In this document: positions 1-15,000 of the stretch, in pieces
How positions within the stretch are numbered: the stretch's first letter is position 1
How the letters are laid out: each line of letters opens with the position of its first letter
Assembly (NCBI GenBank): GCA_040954595.2
Contig: CM082597.2
Location: 8,959,778 to 9,023,777 of the forward strand
Source of the DNA: Balanoglossus misakiensis
Lineage: Eukaryota > Animalia > Hemichordata
DNA length: 64,000 bases
Direction of reading: 5' to 3'
The notes under the pieces: generated by a model
Told to the model about the DNA's origin: nothing
The model's input: the letters and a program-made list of their open reading frames with translations, nothing else
Database searches by the model: none
Made by a program: the position numbers and the translations under genes

Positions 1-3000
1 GTCGAAAAATTGTCATTATTTGATGATTTTCAACAATGATTTTTTTCAAAAATCGACGAAATTTTGAGATTTTGCAGTCAAAAATTTGTCATTTTTTGAT
101 GATTTTCAACAATTTTTTTAAAAAATCGACGAAAATTTGAGATTTTGCAGTAAAAAATTTGTCATTTTTTGATGATTTTCACCCATGATTTTTTCAAAAT
201 TGGCAAAATTTTGAGATTTTGCAAAGTCGAAAATTTGTCATTTTTTGATGATTTTCACCCATGATTTTTTTCACAAATCGACGAAATTTTGAGATTTTGT
301 AGTCGTAAATTTGTCATTTTTTGATGATTTTCCCCCATGATTTTTTTCAAAAATCAACGAAATTTTGAGATTTTGCAAAGTCGAAAATTTGTCATTTTTA
401 GATGATTTTCACCCGTCTTTTTTCAAAAAATCGACGAAATTTTGAGATTTTGTAAAGAGGAAAATTTGTCATTTTTGATAATTTTCATCAATGATTTATT
501 TCAAAAATCGACGAAATTTTGAGATTTTGCAGTCGAAAATTTGTCATTTTTTGATGATTTTCCCCATGATTTTTTTCAAAAATCGACGAAATATTTGAGA
601 TTTTGCAAAGTTGAAAATTTTTCAAAAATCGACGAAATTTATAGATTTTGCAAAGAGGAAAATTTGTCATTTTTGATGATTTTCACCCGTTTTTTTTTCA
701 AAAATCGACGAAATTTTGAGATTTTGCAGTCGAAAATTTGTCATTTTTTGATGATTTTCACCCTTGATTTTCTTCAAAAATCGACGAAATTTTGAGATTT
801 TGCAAAGTCGAAAATTTGTCATTTTTTGATGATTTTCACCCATGATTTTTTTCAAAATTGACGAAATTTTGAGATTGTGCAAAGTCAAAAATTTGTCATT
901 TTTTGATGATTTTCACCCATGATTTTTTTTCACAAATCGACGAAATTTTGAGATTTTGTAGTCGTAAATTTGTCATTTTTGATGATTTTCCCCCATGATT
1001 TTTTCAAAAATCAACGAAATTTTGAGATTTTGCAAAGTCGAAAATTTGTCATGTTTAGATGATTTTCACCCGTCTTTTTTCAAAAAATCGACGAAATTTT
1101 GAGATTTTGCAAAGAGGAAAATTTGTCAATTTTTGATAATTTTCAACAATGATTTATTTCAAAAATCGACGAAATTTTGAGATTTTGCAGTCGAAAATTT
1201 GTCATTTTTTGATGATTTTCCCCCATGATTTTTTTCAAAAATCGACGAAATTTTGAGATTTTGCAAAGTTGAAAATTTTTCAAAAATCGACGAAATTTAT
1301 AGATTTTGCAGTCGAAAATTTGTCATTTTTTGATGATTTTCCCCCATGATTTTTTTCAAAAATCGACGAAAATTTGAGATTTTGCAAAGTCGAAAATTTG
1401 TCATTTTTTGATGATTTTCACCCATGATTTTTCTCAAAAATCGACGAAATTTTCAGATTTTGCAAAGTCGAAAATTTGTCATTTTTTGATGATTTTCACC
1501 CATGATTTTTTTCAAAATTGACGAAATTTTGAGATTTTGCAAAGTCAAAAATTTGTCATTTTTTGATGATTTTCAACAATTTTTTTTAAAAAATCGACGA
1601 AAATTTGAGATTTTTCAGTCAAAAATTTGTCATTTTTTGATGATTTTCCCCCATGATTTTTTTCAAAAATCGACGAAATTTATAGATTTTGCAAAGAGGA
1701 AAATTTGTCATTTTTTGATGATTTTCACCCATGATTTTTTTCAAAATTGACGAAATTTTGAGTTTTTGCAGTCGAAAATTTGTCATTTTTTGATCATTTT
1801 CCCCATGATTTTTTTCAAAAATCGACGAAATTTTGAGATTTTGCAAAGACGAAAATTTGTCATTTTTGATGATTTTTACCCATGATTTTTTTTCAAAAAT
1901 GGACGAAATTTTGAGATTTTGCAAAGACGAAAATTTGTCATTTTTTGATGATTTTCACCCATGATTTTTTTTCAAAAAACGACGAAATTTTGAGATTTTG
2001 CAAAGAGGAAAATTTGTCATTTTTTCATGATTTTCACCCATGATTTTTTTCAAAAATCGACGAAATTTTGAGATTTTGCAAAGTCGAAAATTTGTCATTT
2101 TTTGATGATTTTCCCCCATGTTTTTTTTTTTAAATGGACGAAATTTTGAGATTTTGCAAAGACGAAAATTTGTTATTTTTTGATGATTTTCACCCATGAT
2201 TTTTTCAAAAATTGACGAAATTTTGAGATTTTGCAAAGTCGAAAATTTGTCATTTTTTGATGATTTTCACACATGATTTTTTTTAAAAAATCGACGAAAT
2301 TGTGAGATTTTGCAAAGACGAAAATTTGTCATTTTTTCATGATTTTCCCCCATGATTTTTTTCAAAAATCGACGAAATTTTGAGATTTTGCAAAGTCGAA
2401 AATGTGTCATTTTTTGATGATTTTCACCAGTTTTTTTTCAAAATTTGTCATTTTTTGATGATTTTCACCCATGTTTTTTTTTTAAAAAATCGACGAACCT
2501 ATGATTTTTTTCAAAATCGACGAAATTTTGTGATTTTACAAAGTCGAAAATTTTGTCATTTTTTGATGATTTTCAACCATGATTTTTTTTCAAAAATCGA
2601 CGAAAATTTGAGATTTTGCAAAGACAAAAATTTGTCATTTTTGATGATTTTTACCCATGATTTTTTTTCAAAAATGGACGAAATTTTGAGATTTTGCAAA
2701 GACGAAAATTTGTCATTTTTTGATGATTTTCACCCATGATTTTTTTTCAAAAATCGACGAAATTTTGAGATTTTGCAAAGAGGAAAATTTGTCATTTTTT
2801 CATGATTTTCCCCCATGATTTTTTTCAAAAATCGACGAAATTTTGTGATTTTACAAAGTCGAAAATTTTGTCATTTTTCATGATTTTCACCCATGATTTT
2901 TTCAAAAATCGACGAAATTTTGAGATTTTGCAAAGTCGAAAATTTGTCATTTTTTGATGATTTTCACCCATGTCTTTTTTCAAAAATCGACGAAATTTTG

Positions 3001-6000
3001 AGATTTTGCAAAGTCGAAAATTTGTCATTTTTTGATGATTTTCACCCATGATTTTTTTCAAAAATCGATGAAATTTTGAGATTTTGCAGTAAAAAAATTG
3101 TCATTATTTGATGATTTTCGACCATGATTTTTTTCAAAATTGACGAAATTTTGAGATTTTGCAGTCGAAAATTTGTCATTTTTTGATCATTTTCCCCCAT
3201 GATTTTTTTCAAAAATCGACGAAATTTTCAGATTTTGCAAAGTCGAAAAATTGTCATTATTTGATGATTTTCAACAATGATTTTTTTCAAAAATCGACGA
3301 AATTTTGAGATTTTGCAGTCAAAAATTTGTCATTTTTTGATGATTTTCAACAATTTTTTTAAAAAATCGACGAAAATTTGAGATTTTGCAGTAAAAAATT
3401 TGTCATTTTTTGATGATTTTCACCCATGATTTTTTCAAAATTGGCAAAATTTTGAGATTTTGCAAAGTCGAAAATTTGTCATTTTTTGATGATTTTCACC
3501 CATGATTTTTTTTCACAAATCGACGAAATTTTGAGATTTTGTAGTCGTAAATTTGTCATTTTTTGATGATTTTCCCCCATGATTTTTTTCAAAAATCAAC
3601 GAAATTTTGAGATTTTGCAAAGTCGAAAATTTGTCATTTTTGATGATTTTCACCCATGATTTTTTTCAAAAATCGACGAAATTTTGAGATTTTGCAAAGT
3701 CGAAAATTTGTCATTTTTTGATGATTTTCCCCCATGTTTTTTTTTTTAAATGGACGAAATTTTGAGATTTTGCAAAGACGAAAATTTGTTATTTTTTGAT
3801 GATTTTCACCCATGATTTTTTCAAAAATTGACGAAATTTTGAGATTTTGCAAAGTCGAAAATTTGTCATTTTTTGATGATTTTCCCCCATGATTTTTTTC
3901 AAAAATCGACGAAATTTTGAGATTTTGCAAAGTCGAAAATGTGTCATTTTTTGATGATTTTCACCAGTTTTTTTTCAAAATTTGTCATTTTTTGATGATT
4001 TTCACCCATGTTTTTTTTTTAAAAAATCGACGAACCTATGATTTTTTTCAAAATCGACGAAATTTTGTGATTTTACAAAGTCGAAAATTTTGTCATTTTT
4101 TGATGATTTTCAACCATGATTTTTTTTCAAAAATCGACGAAAATTTGAGATTTTGCAAAGACAAAAATTTGTCATTTTTGATGATTTTTACCCATGATTT
4201 TTTTTCAAAAATGGACGAAATTTTGAGATTTTGCAAATCGAAAATTTGTTATTTTTGATGATTTTCACCATGTCTTTTTTTTAAAAATCGACGAAATTTT
4301 GAGATTTTGCAAAGAGGAAAATTTGTCATTTTTTCATGATTTTCCCCCATGATTTTTTTCAAAAATCGACGAAATTTTGTGATTTTACAAAGTCGAAAAT
4401 TTTGTCATTTTTTGATGATTTTCAACCATGATTTTTTTTCAAAAATCGACGAAAATTTGAGATTTTGCAAAGACGAAAATTTGTAATTTTTGATGATTTT
4501 TACCCATGATTTTTTTTTCAAAAATGGACGAAATTTTGAGATTTTGCAAAGACGAAAATTTGTCATTTTTTGATGATTTTCACCCATGATTTTTTTTCAA
4601 AAATCGACGAAATTTTGAGATTTTGCAAAGTCGTAAATGTGTCATTTTTGATGATTTTCACCAGTTTTTTTTTTCAAAATTTGTCATTTTTTCATGATTT
4701 ACCCCCATGATTTTTTTCAAAAATCGACGAAAATTTGAGATTTTGCAAAGACGAAAATTTGTCATTTTTGATGATTTTTACCCATGATTTTTTTTCAAAA
4801 ATGGACGAAATTTTGAGATTTTACGAAAATTTGTCATTTTTTGATGATTTTCACCAATGATTTTTTTTCAAAAAACGACGAAATTTTGAGATTTTGCAGA
4901 GGAAAATGTGTCATTATTTGATGATTTTCACCCGTTTTTTTTTTTCAAAATTTGTCATTTTTTGATGATTTTCACCCATGTTTTTTTTTAAAAAATCGAC
5001 GAACCTATGATTTTTTTCAAAATCGACGAAATTTTGTGATTTTACAAAGTCGAAAATTTTGTCATTTTTTTGATGATTTTCAACCATGATTTTTTTTCCA
5101 AAAATCGACGAAAATTTGAGATTTTGCAAAGACGAAAATTTGTCATTTTTGATGATTTTTACCCATGATTTTTTTTCAAAAATGGACGAAATTTTGAGAT
5201 TTTGCAAAGACGAAAATTTGTCATTTTTTGATGATTTTCACCAATGATTTTTTTTCAAAAATCGACGAAATTTTGAGATTTTGCAGAGAGGAAAATTTGT
5301 CATTTTTTCATGATTTTCCCCCATGATTTTTTTCAAAAATCGACGAAATTTTGAGATTTTGCAAAGTCGAAAATTTGTCATTTTTTGATGATTTTCACCC
5401 ATGATTTTTTCAAAAATTGACGAAATGTTGAGATTTTGCAAAGTCGAAAATTTGTCATTTTTTTATGATTTTCACCCGTGATTTTTTTCAAAAATGGACG
5501 AAATTTTGAGATTTTGCAAAGACGAAAATTTGTCATTTTTTGATGATTTTCACCCATGATTTTTTTTCAAAAATCGACGAAATTTTGAGATTTTGCAAAG
5601 AGGAGAATTTGTCATTTTTTCATGATTTTCCCCCATGATTTTTTTCAAAAATCGACGAAATTTTGAGATTTTGCAAAGTCGAAAATTTTGTCATTTTTTG
5701 ATGATTTTCAACCATGATTTTTTTTCAAAAATCGACGAAAATTTGAGATTTTGCAAAGATGAAAATTTGTCATTTTTGATGATTTTTACCCATAATTTTT
5801 TTTCAGAAATGGACGAAATTTTGAGATTTTGCAAAGACGAAAATTTGTCATTTTTTGATGATTTTCACCCATGATTTTTTTTCAAAAATTGACGAAATTT
5901 TGAGATTTTGCAAAGTCGAAAATTTGTCATTTTTTGATGATTTTCACCCGTGATTTTTTTCAAAAATGGACGAAATTTTGAGATTTTGCAAAGACGAAAA

Positions 6001-9000
6001 TTTGTCATTTTTTGATGATTTTCACCCATGATTTTTTTTCAAAAATCGACGAAATTTTGAGATTTTGCAAAGAGGAGAATTTGTCATTTTTTCATGATTT
6101 TCCCCCATGATTTTTTTCAAAAATCGACGAAATTTTGAGATTTTGCAAAGTCGAAAATTTTGTCATTTTTTGATGATTTTCAACCATGATTTTTTTTCAA
6201 AAATCGACGAAAATTTGAGATTTTGCAAAGATGAAAATTTGTCATTTTTGATGATTTTTACCCATAATTTTTTTTCAGAAATGGACGAAATTTTGAGATT
6301 TTGCAAAGACGAAAATTTGTCATTTTTTGATGATTTTCACCCATGATTTTTTTTCAAAAATTGACGAAATTTTGAGATTTTGCAAAGTCGAAAATGTGTC
6401 ATTTTTTGATGATTTTCACCCGTTTTTTTTTCAAAATTTGTCATTTTTTGATGATTTTTACCCATGATTTTTTTTCAAAAATGGACGAAATTTTGAGATT
6501 TTGCAAAATCGAAAATTTGTTATTTTTTGATGATTTTCACCCATGTCTTTTTTTTAAAAATCGACGAAATTTTGAGATTTTGCAAAGAGGAAAATTTGTC
6601 ATTTTTTTCATGATTTTCCCCCATGATTTTTTTCAAAAATCGACGACATTTTGAGATTTTGCAAAGTCGACGAAAATGTGTCATTTTTTGATGATTTTCA
6701 CCCGTTTTTTTTCAAAAATCGACGAAATTTTGAGATTTTGCAAAATCGAAAATTTGTCATTTTTTGATGATTTTCACCCATGATTTTTTTTCAAAAATCG
6801 ACGAAATTTTGAGATTTTGCAAAGTCGTAAATGTGTCATTTTTTGATGATTTTCACCCGGTTTTTTTCAAAAATCGACGAAATTTTGAGATTTTGCAAAG
6901 TCGTAAATGTGTCATTTTTTGATGATTTTCACCCGTTTTTTTTTCGAAATTTGTCATTTTTTGATGATTTTCACCCATGATTTTCTTCAAAAATCGACGA
7001 AATTTTGAGATTTTGCAAAGTCGAAAATTTGTCATTTTTTGATGATTTTCACCTATGATTTTTTTCAAAAATCAACAAAATTTTGAGATTTTGCAAAGTC
7101 GAAAATTTGTCATTTTTTGATGATTTTCACCGATGATTTTTTTCAACAATCGAAAAAATTTTGAGATTTTGCAAAGTCGAAAATTTGTCATTTTTTGATG
7201 ATTTTCACCCATGATTTTCTTCAAAAATCGACGAAATTTTGAGATTTTGCAAAGTCGAAAATTTGTCATTTTTTGATGATTTTCACCCATGATTTTTTTC
7301 AAAATTGACGAAATTTTGAGATTTTGCAAAGTCGAAAATTTGTCATTTTTTCATGATTTTCCCCCATGATTTTTTTCAAAAATCGACGAAATTTTGAGAT
7401 TTTGCAAAGACGAAAATTTGTCATTTTTTGATGATTTTCACCCATGATTTTTTTTCAAAAATCGACGAAATTTTGAGATTTTGCAAAGAGGAGAATTTGT
7501 CATTTTTTCATGATTTTCCCCCATGATTTTTTTCAAAAATCGACGAAATTTTGAGATTTTGCAAAGTCGAAAATTTTGTCATTTTTTGATGATTTTCAAC
7601 CATGATTTTTTTTCAAAAATCGACGAAAATTTGAGATTTTGCAAAGATGAAAATTTGTCATTTTTGATGATTTTTACCCATAATTTTTTTTCAGAAATGG
7701 ACGAAATTTTGAGATTTTGCAAAGACGAAAATTTGTCATTTTTTGATGATTTTCACCCATGATTTTTTTTCAAAAATTGACGAAATTTTGAGATTTTGCA
7801 AAGTCGAAAATTTGTCATTTTTTGATGATTTTCACCCGTGATTTTTTTCAAAAATGGACGAAATTTTGAGATTTTGCAAAGACGAAAATTTGTCATTTTT
7901 TGATGATTTTCACCCATGATTTTTTTTCAAAAATCGACGAAATTTTGAGATTTTGCAAAGAGGAGAATTTGTCATTTTTTCATGATTTTCCCCCATGATT
8001 TTTTTCAAAAATCGACGAAATTTTGAGATTTTGCAAAGTCGAAAATTTTGTCATTTTTTGATGATTTTCAACCATGATTTTTTTTCAAAAATCGACGAAA
8101 ATTTGAGATTTTGCAAAGATGAAAATTTGTCATTTTTGATGATTTTTACCCATAATTTTTTTTCAGAAATGGACGAAATTTTGAGATTTTGCAAAGACGA
8201 AAATTTGTCATTTTTTGATGATTTTCACCCATGATTTTTTTTCAAAAATTGACGAAATTTTGAGATTTTGCAAAGTCGAAAATGTGTCATTTTTTGATGA
8301 TTTTCACCCGTTTTTTTTTCAAAATTTGTCATTTTTTGATGATTTTTACCCATGATTTTTTTTCAAAAATGGACGAAATTTTGAGATTTTGCAAAATCGA
8401 AAATTTGTTATTTTTTGATGATTTTCACCCATGTCTTTTTTTTAAAAATCGACGAAATTTTGAGATTTTGCAAAGAGGAAAATTTGTCATTTTTTTCATG
8501 ATTTTCCCCCATGATTTTTTTTCAAAAATCGACGACATTTTGAGATTTTGCAAAGTCGACGAAAATGTGTCATTTTTTGATGATTTTCACCCGTTTTTTT
8601 TCAAAAATCGACGAAATTTTGAGATTTTGCAAAATCGAAAATTTGTCATTTTTTGATGATTTTCACCCATGATTTTTTTTCAAAAATCGACGAAATTTTG
8701 AGATTTTGCAAAGTCGTAAATGTGTCATTTTTTGATGATTTTCACCCGGTTTTTTTTCAAAAATCGACGAAATTTTGAGATTTTGCAAAGTCGTAAATGT
8801 GTCATTTTTTGATGATTTTCACCCGTTTTTTTTTCAAAATTTGTCATTTTTTGATGATTTTCACCCATGATTTTCTTCAAAAATCGACGAAATTTTGAGA
8901 TTTTGCAAAGTCGAAAATTTGTCATTTTTTGATGATTTTCACCTATGATTTTTTTCAAAAATCAACAAAATTTTGAGATTTTGCAAAGTCGAAAATTTGT

Positions 9001-12000
9001 CATTTTTTGATGATTTTCACCGATGATTTTTTTCAACAATCGAAAAAATTTTGAGATTTTGCAAAGTCGAAAATTTGTCATTTTTTGATGATTTTCACCC
9101 ATGATTTTCTTCAAAAATCGACGAAATTTTGAGATTTTGCAAAGTCGAAAATTTGTCATTTTTTGATGATTTTCACCCATGATTTTTTTCAAAATTGACG
9201 AAATTTTGAGATTTTGCAAAGTCGAAAATTTCTCATTTTTTGGTGCATTTTCACCCATGATTTTTTTTCAAAAATCGACGAAATTGTGAGATTTTGCAAA
9301 GTCGAAAATTTGTCATTTTTTGATGATTTTCACCCATGATTTTTATTCAAAATTGACGAAATTTTGAGATTTTGCAAAGTCGAAAATTTGTCATTTTTTC
9401 ATGATTTTCCCCCATGATTTTTTTCAAAAATCGACGAAATTTTGAGATTTTGCAAAGTCGACGAAAATGTGTCATTTTTTGATGATTTTCACCCATTTTT
9501 TTTCAAAAATCGACGAAATTTTGAGATTTTGCAAAATCGAAAATTTGTCATTTTTTGATGATTTTCCCCCATGATTGTTTTTTAAAAATGGACGAAAGTT
9601 TGAGATTTTGCAAAGACGAAAATTTGTCATTTTTGATGATTTTTACCCATGATTTTTTTTCAAAAATGGACGAAATTTTGAGATTTTGCAAAGACGAAAA
9701 TTTGTCATTTTTTGATGATTTTCACCCATGATTTTTTTTCAAAAATCGACGAAATTTTGAGATTTTGCAAAGTCGTAAATGTGTCATTTTTTGATGATTT
9801 TCACCCGTTTTTTTTTTTAATTTGTCATTTTTTGATGATTTTCACCCATGTTTTTTTTAAAAAATCAACAAAATTTTGAGATTTTGCAAAGTCGAAAATT
9901 TGTCATTTTTTGATGATTTTCACCGATGATTTTTTTCAACAATCGAAAAAATTTTGAGATTTTGCAAAGTCGAAAATTTGTCATTTTTTGATGATTTTCA
10001 CCCATGATTTTCTTCAAAAATCGACGAAATTTTGAGATTTTGCAAAGTCGAAAATTTCTCATTTTTTGGTGCATTTTCACCCATGATTTTTTTTCAAAAA
10101 TCGACGAAATTGTGAGATTTTGCAAAGTCGAAAATTTGTCATTTTTTGATGATTTTCACCCATGATTTTTATTCAAAATTGACGAAATTTTGAGATTTTG
10201 CAAAGTCGAAAATTTGTCATTTTTTCATGATTTTCCCCCATGATTTTTTTCAAAAATCGACGAAATTTTGAGATTTTGCAAAGTCGACGAAAATGTGTCA
10301 TTTTTTGATGATTTTCACCCGTTTTTTTTTTAAATTTGTCATTTTTTGATGATTTTCACCCATGTTTTTTTTAAAAAATCAACAAAATTTTGAGATTTTG
10401 CAAAGTCGAAAATTTGTCATTTTTTGATGATTTTCACCGATGATTTTTTTCAACAATCGAAAAAATTTTGAGATTTTGCAAAGTCGAAAATTTGTCATTT
10501 TTTGATGATTTTCACCCATGATTTTCTTCAAAAATCGACGAAATTTTGAGATTTTGCAAAGTCGAAAATTTGTCATTTTTTGATGATTTTCACCCATGAT
10601 TTTTATTCAAAATTGACGAAATTTTGAGATTTTGCAAAGTCGAAAATTTGTCATTTTTTCATGATTTTCCCCCATGATTTTTTTCAAAAATCGACGAAAT
10701 TTTGAGATTTTGCAAAGTCGACGAAAATGTGTCATTTTTTGATGATTTTCACCCGTTTTTTTTTTAAATTTGTCATTTTTTGATGATTTTCACCCATGTT
10801 TTTTTTAAAAAATCAACAAAATTTTGAGATTTTGCAAAGTCGAAAATTTGTCATTTTTTGATGATTTTCACCGATGATTTTTTTCAACAATCGAAAAAAT
10901 TTTGAGATTTTGCAAAGTCGAAAATTTGTCATTTTTTGATGATTTTCACCCATGATTTTCTTCAAAAATCGACGAAATTTTGAGATTTTGCAAAGTCGAA
11001 AATTTCTCATTTTTTGGTGCATTTTCACCCATGATTTTTTTTCAAAAATCGACGAAATTGTGAGATTTTGCAAAGTCGAAAATTTGTCATTTTTTGATGA
11101 TTTTCACCCATGATTTTTATTCAAAATTGACGAAATTTTGAGATTTTGCAAAGTCGAAAATTTGTCATTTTTTCATGATTTTCCCCCATGATTTTTTTCA
11201 AAAATCGACGAAATTTTGAGATTTTGCAAAGTCGACGAAAATGTGTCATTTTTTGATGATTTTCAGCCATTTTTTTTCAAAAATCGACGAAATTTTGAGA
11301 TTTTGCAAAATCGAAAATTTGTCATTTTTTGATGATTTTCCCCCATGATTGTTTTTTAAAAATGGACGAAAGTTTGAGATTTTGCAAAGACGAAAATTTG
11401 TCATTTTTGATGATTTTTACCCATGATTTTTTTTCAAAAATGGACGAAATTTTGAGATTTTGCAAAGACGAAAATTTGTCATTTTTTGATGATTTTCACC
11501 CATGATTTTTTTTCAAAAATCGACGAAATTTTGAGATTTTGCAAAGTCGTAAATGTGTCATTTTTTGATGATTTTCACCCGTTTTTTTTTTAAATTTGTC
11601 ATTTTTTGATGATTTTCACCCATGTTTTTTTTTAAAAAATCGACGAACCTATGATTTTTTTCAAAATCGACGAAATTTTGTGATTTTACAAAGTCGAAAA
11701 TTTTGTCATTTTTTGATGATTTTCAACCATGATTTTTTTTCAAAAATCGACGAAAATTTGAGATTTTGCAAAGACGAAAATTTGTCATTTTTGATGATTT
11801 TTACCCATGATTTTTTTTTTCAAAAATGGACGAAATTTTGAGATTTTGCAAAGACGAAAATTTGTCATTTTTTGATGATTTTCACCCATGATTTTTTTTC
11901 AAAAATCGACGAAATTTTGAGATTTTGCAAAGAGGAAAATTTGTCATTTTTTGATGATTTTCAACCATGATTTTTTTTCAAAAATCGACGAAAATTTGAG

Positions 12001-15000
12001 ATTTTGCAAAGATGAAAATTTGTCATTTTTGATGATTTTTACCCATAATTTTTTTTCAGAAATGGACGAAATTTTGAGATTTTGCAAAGACGAAAATTTG
12101 TCATTTTTTGATGATTTTCACCCATGATTTTTTTTCAAAAATCGACGAAATTTTGAGATTTTGCAAAGTCGTAAATGTGTCATTTTTTGATGATTTTCAC
12201 CCGTTTTTTTTTCAAAATTTGTCATTTTTTGATGATTTTCACCCATGTTTTTTTTTAAAAAATCGACGAACCTATGATTTTTTTCAAAATCGACGAAATT
12301 TTGTGATTTTACAAAGTCGAAAATGTGTCATTTTTTGATGATTTTCACCCGTTTTTTTTCAAAATTTGTCATTTTTAGATGATTTTCACCCGTTTTTTTT
12401 CAAAAATCGACGAAATTTTGAGATTTTGCAAAGGCGAAAATGTGTCATTTTTTGATGATTTTCACCCGTTTTTTTTTCAAAATTTGTCATTTTTTGATGA
12501 TTTTCACCCATGTTTTTTTTTAAAAAATCGACGAACCTATGATTTTTTTCAAAATCAACGAAATTTTGTGATTTTACAAAGTCGAAAATTTTGTCATTTT
12601 TTGATGATTTTCAACCATGATTTTTTTTCAAAAATCGACGAAAATTTGAGATTTTGCAAAGACGAAAATTTGTCATTTTTTGATGATTTTCACCCATGAT
12701 TTTTTTTCAAAATTCGACGAAATTTTGAGATTTTGCAAAGAGGAAAATTTGTCATTTTTTCATGATTTTCCCCCATGATTTTTTTCAAAAATCGACGAAA
12801 TTTTGAGATTTTGCAAAGTCGAAAATTTTGTCATTTTTTGATGATTTTCAACCATGATTTTTTTCAAAAATCGACGAAAATTTGAGATTTTGCAAAGATG
12901 AAAATTTGTCATTTTTGATGATTTTTACCCATAATTTTTTTCAGAAATGGACAAAATTTGAGATTTTGCAAAGACGAAAATTTGTCATTTTTTGATGATT
13001 TTCACCCATGATTTTTTTTCAAAAATCGACGAAATTTTGAGATTTTGCAAAGTCGAAAATGTGTCATTTTTTGATGATTTTCACCCGTTTTTTTTTCAAA
13101 ATTTGTCATTTTTTGATGATTTTTACCCATGATTTTTTTTCAAAAATGGACGAAATTTTGAGATTTTGCAAAGTCGAAAATTTGTTATGTTTTGATGATT
13201 TTCACCCATGTCTTTTTTTAAAAATCGACGAAATTTTGAGATTTTGCAAAGAGGAAAATTTGTCATTTTTTCATGATTTTCCCCCATGATTTTTTTCAAA
13301 ACTCGACGAAATTTTGAGATTTTGCAAAAATGAAAATTTGTCATTTTTGATGATTTTTACCCATAATTTTGTTTCAGAAATGGACGAAATTTTGAGATTT
13401 TGCAAAGACGAATATTTGTCATTTTTTGATGATTTTCACCCATGATTTTTTTTCAAAAATCGACGAAATTTTGAGATTTTGCAAAGTCGAAAATGTGTCA
13501 TTTTTTGATGATTTTCACCCGTTTTCTTTTCAAAATTTGTCATTTTTTGATGATTTTTACCCATGATTTTTTTTCAAAAATGGACGAAATTTTGAGATTT
13601 TGAAAAGTCTAAAATTTGTTATTTTTTGATGATTTTCACCCATGTCTTTTTTTAAAAATCGACGAAATTTTGAGATTTTGCAAAGAGGAAAATTTGTCAT
13701 TTTTTCATGATTTTCCCCCATGATTTTTTTCAAAAATCGACGAAATTTTGAGATTTTGCAAAGTCGACGAAAATGTGTCATTTTTTGATGATTTTCACCC
13801 GTTTTTTTTCAAAAATCGACGAAATTTTGAGATTTTGCAAAATCGAAAATTTGTCATTTTTTGATGATTTTCCCCCATGATTTTTTTTTAAAAATGGACG
13901 AAATTTTGAGATTTTGCAAAGACGAAAATTTGTCATTTTTGATGATTTTTACCCATGATTTTTTTTTCAAAAATGGACGAAATTTTGAGATTTTGCAAAG
14001 ACGAAAAAATTTTCATTTTTTGATGATTTTCACCCATGATTTTTTTTCAAAAATCGACGAAATTTTGAGATTTTGCAAAGTCGTAAATGTGTCATTTTTT
14101 GATGATTTTCACCCGTTTTTTTTCAAAATTTGTCATTTTTTGATGATTTTCACCCATGATATTTTTCAAAAATCGAAAAAATTTTGAGATTTTGCAAAGA
14201 CGAAAATTTGTCATTTTTTGATGATTTTCACCCATGATTTTTTTTCAAAAATCGACGAAATTTTGAGATTTTGCAAAGGCGAAAATGTGTCATTTTTTGA
14301 TGATTTTCACCCGTTTTTTTTTCAAAATTTGTCATTTTTTGATGATTTTCACCCATGTTTTTTTTTAAAAAATCGACGAACCTATGATTTTTTTCAAAAT
14401 CAACGAAATTTTGTGATTTTACAAAGTCGAAAATTTTGTCATTTTTTGATGATTTTCAACCATGATTTTTTTTCAAAAATCGACGAAAATTTGAGATTTT
14501 GCAAAGACGAAAATTTGTCATTTTTTGATGATTTTCACCCATGATTTTTTTTCAAAATTCGACGAAATTTTGAGATTTTGCAAAGAGGAAAATTTGTCAT
14601 TTTTTCATGATTTTCCCCCATGATTTTTTTCAAAAATCGACGAAATTTTGAGATTTTGCAAAGTCGAAAATTTTGTCATTTTTTGATGATTTTCAACCAT
14701 GATTTTTTTCAAAAATCGACGAAAATTTGAGATTTTGCAAAGATGAAAATTTGTCATTTTTGATGATTTTTACCCATAATTTTTTTCAGAAATGGACAAA
14801 ATTTGAGATTTTGCAAAGACGAAAATTTGTCATTTTTTGATGATTTTCACCCATGATTTTTTTTCAAAAATCGACGAAATTTTGAGATTTTGCAAAGTCG
14901 AAAATGTGTCATTTTTTGATGATTTTCACCCGTTTTTTTTTCAAAATTTGTCATTTTTTGATGATTTTTACCCATGATTTTTTTTCAAAAATGGACGAAA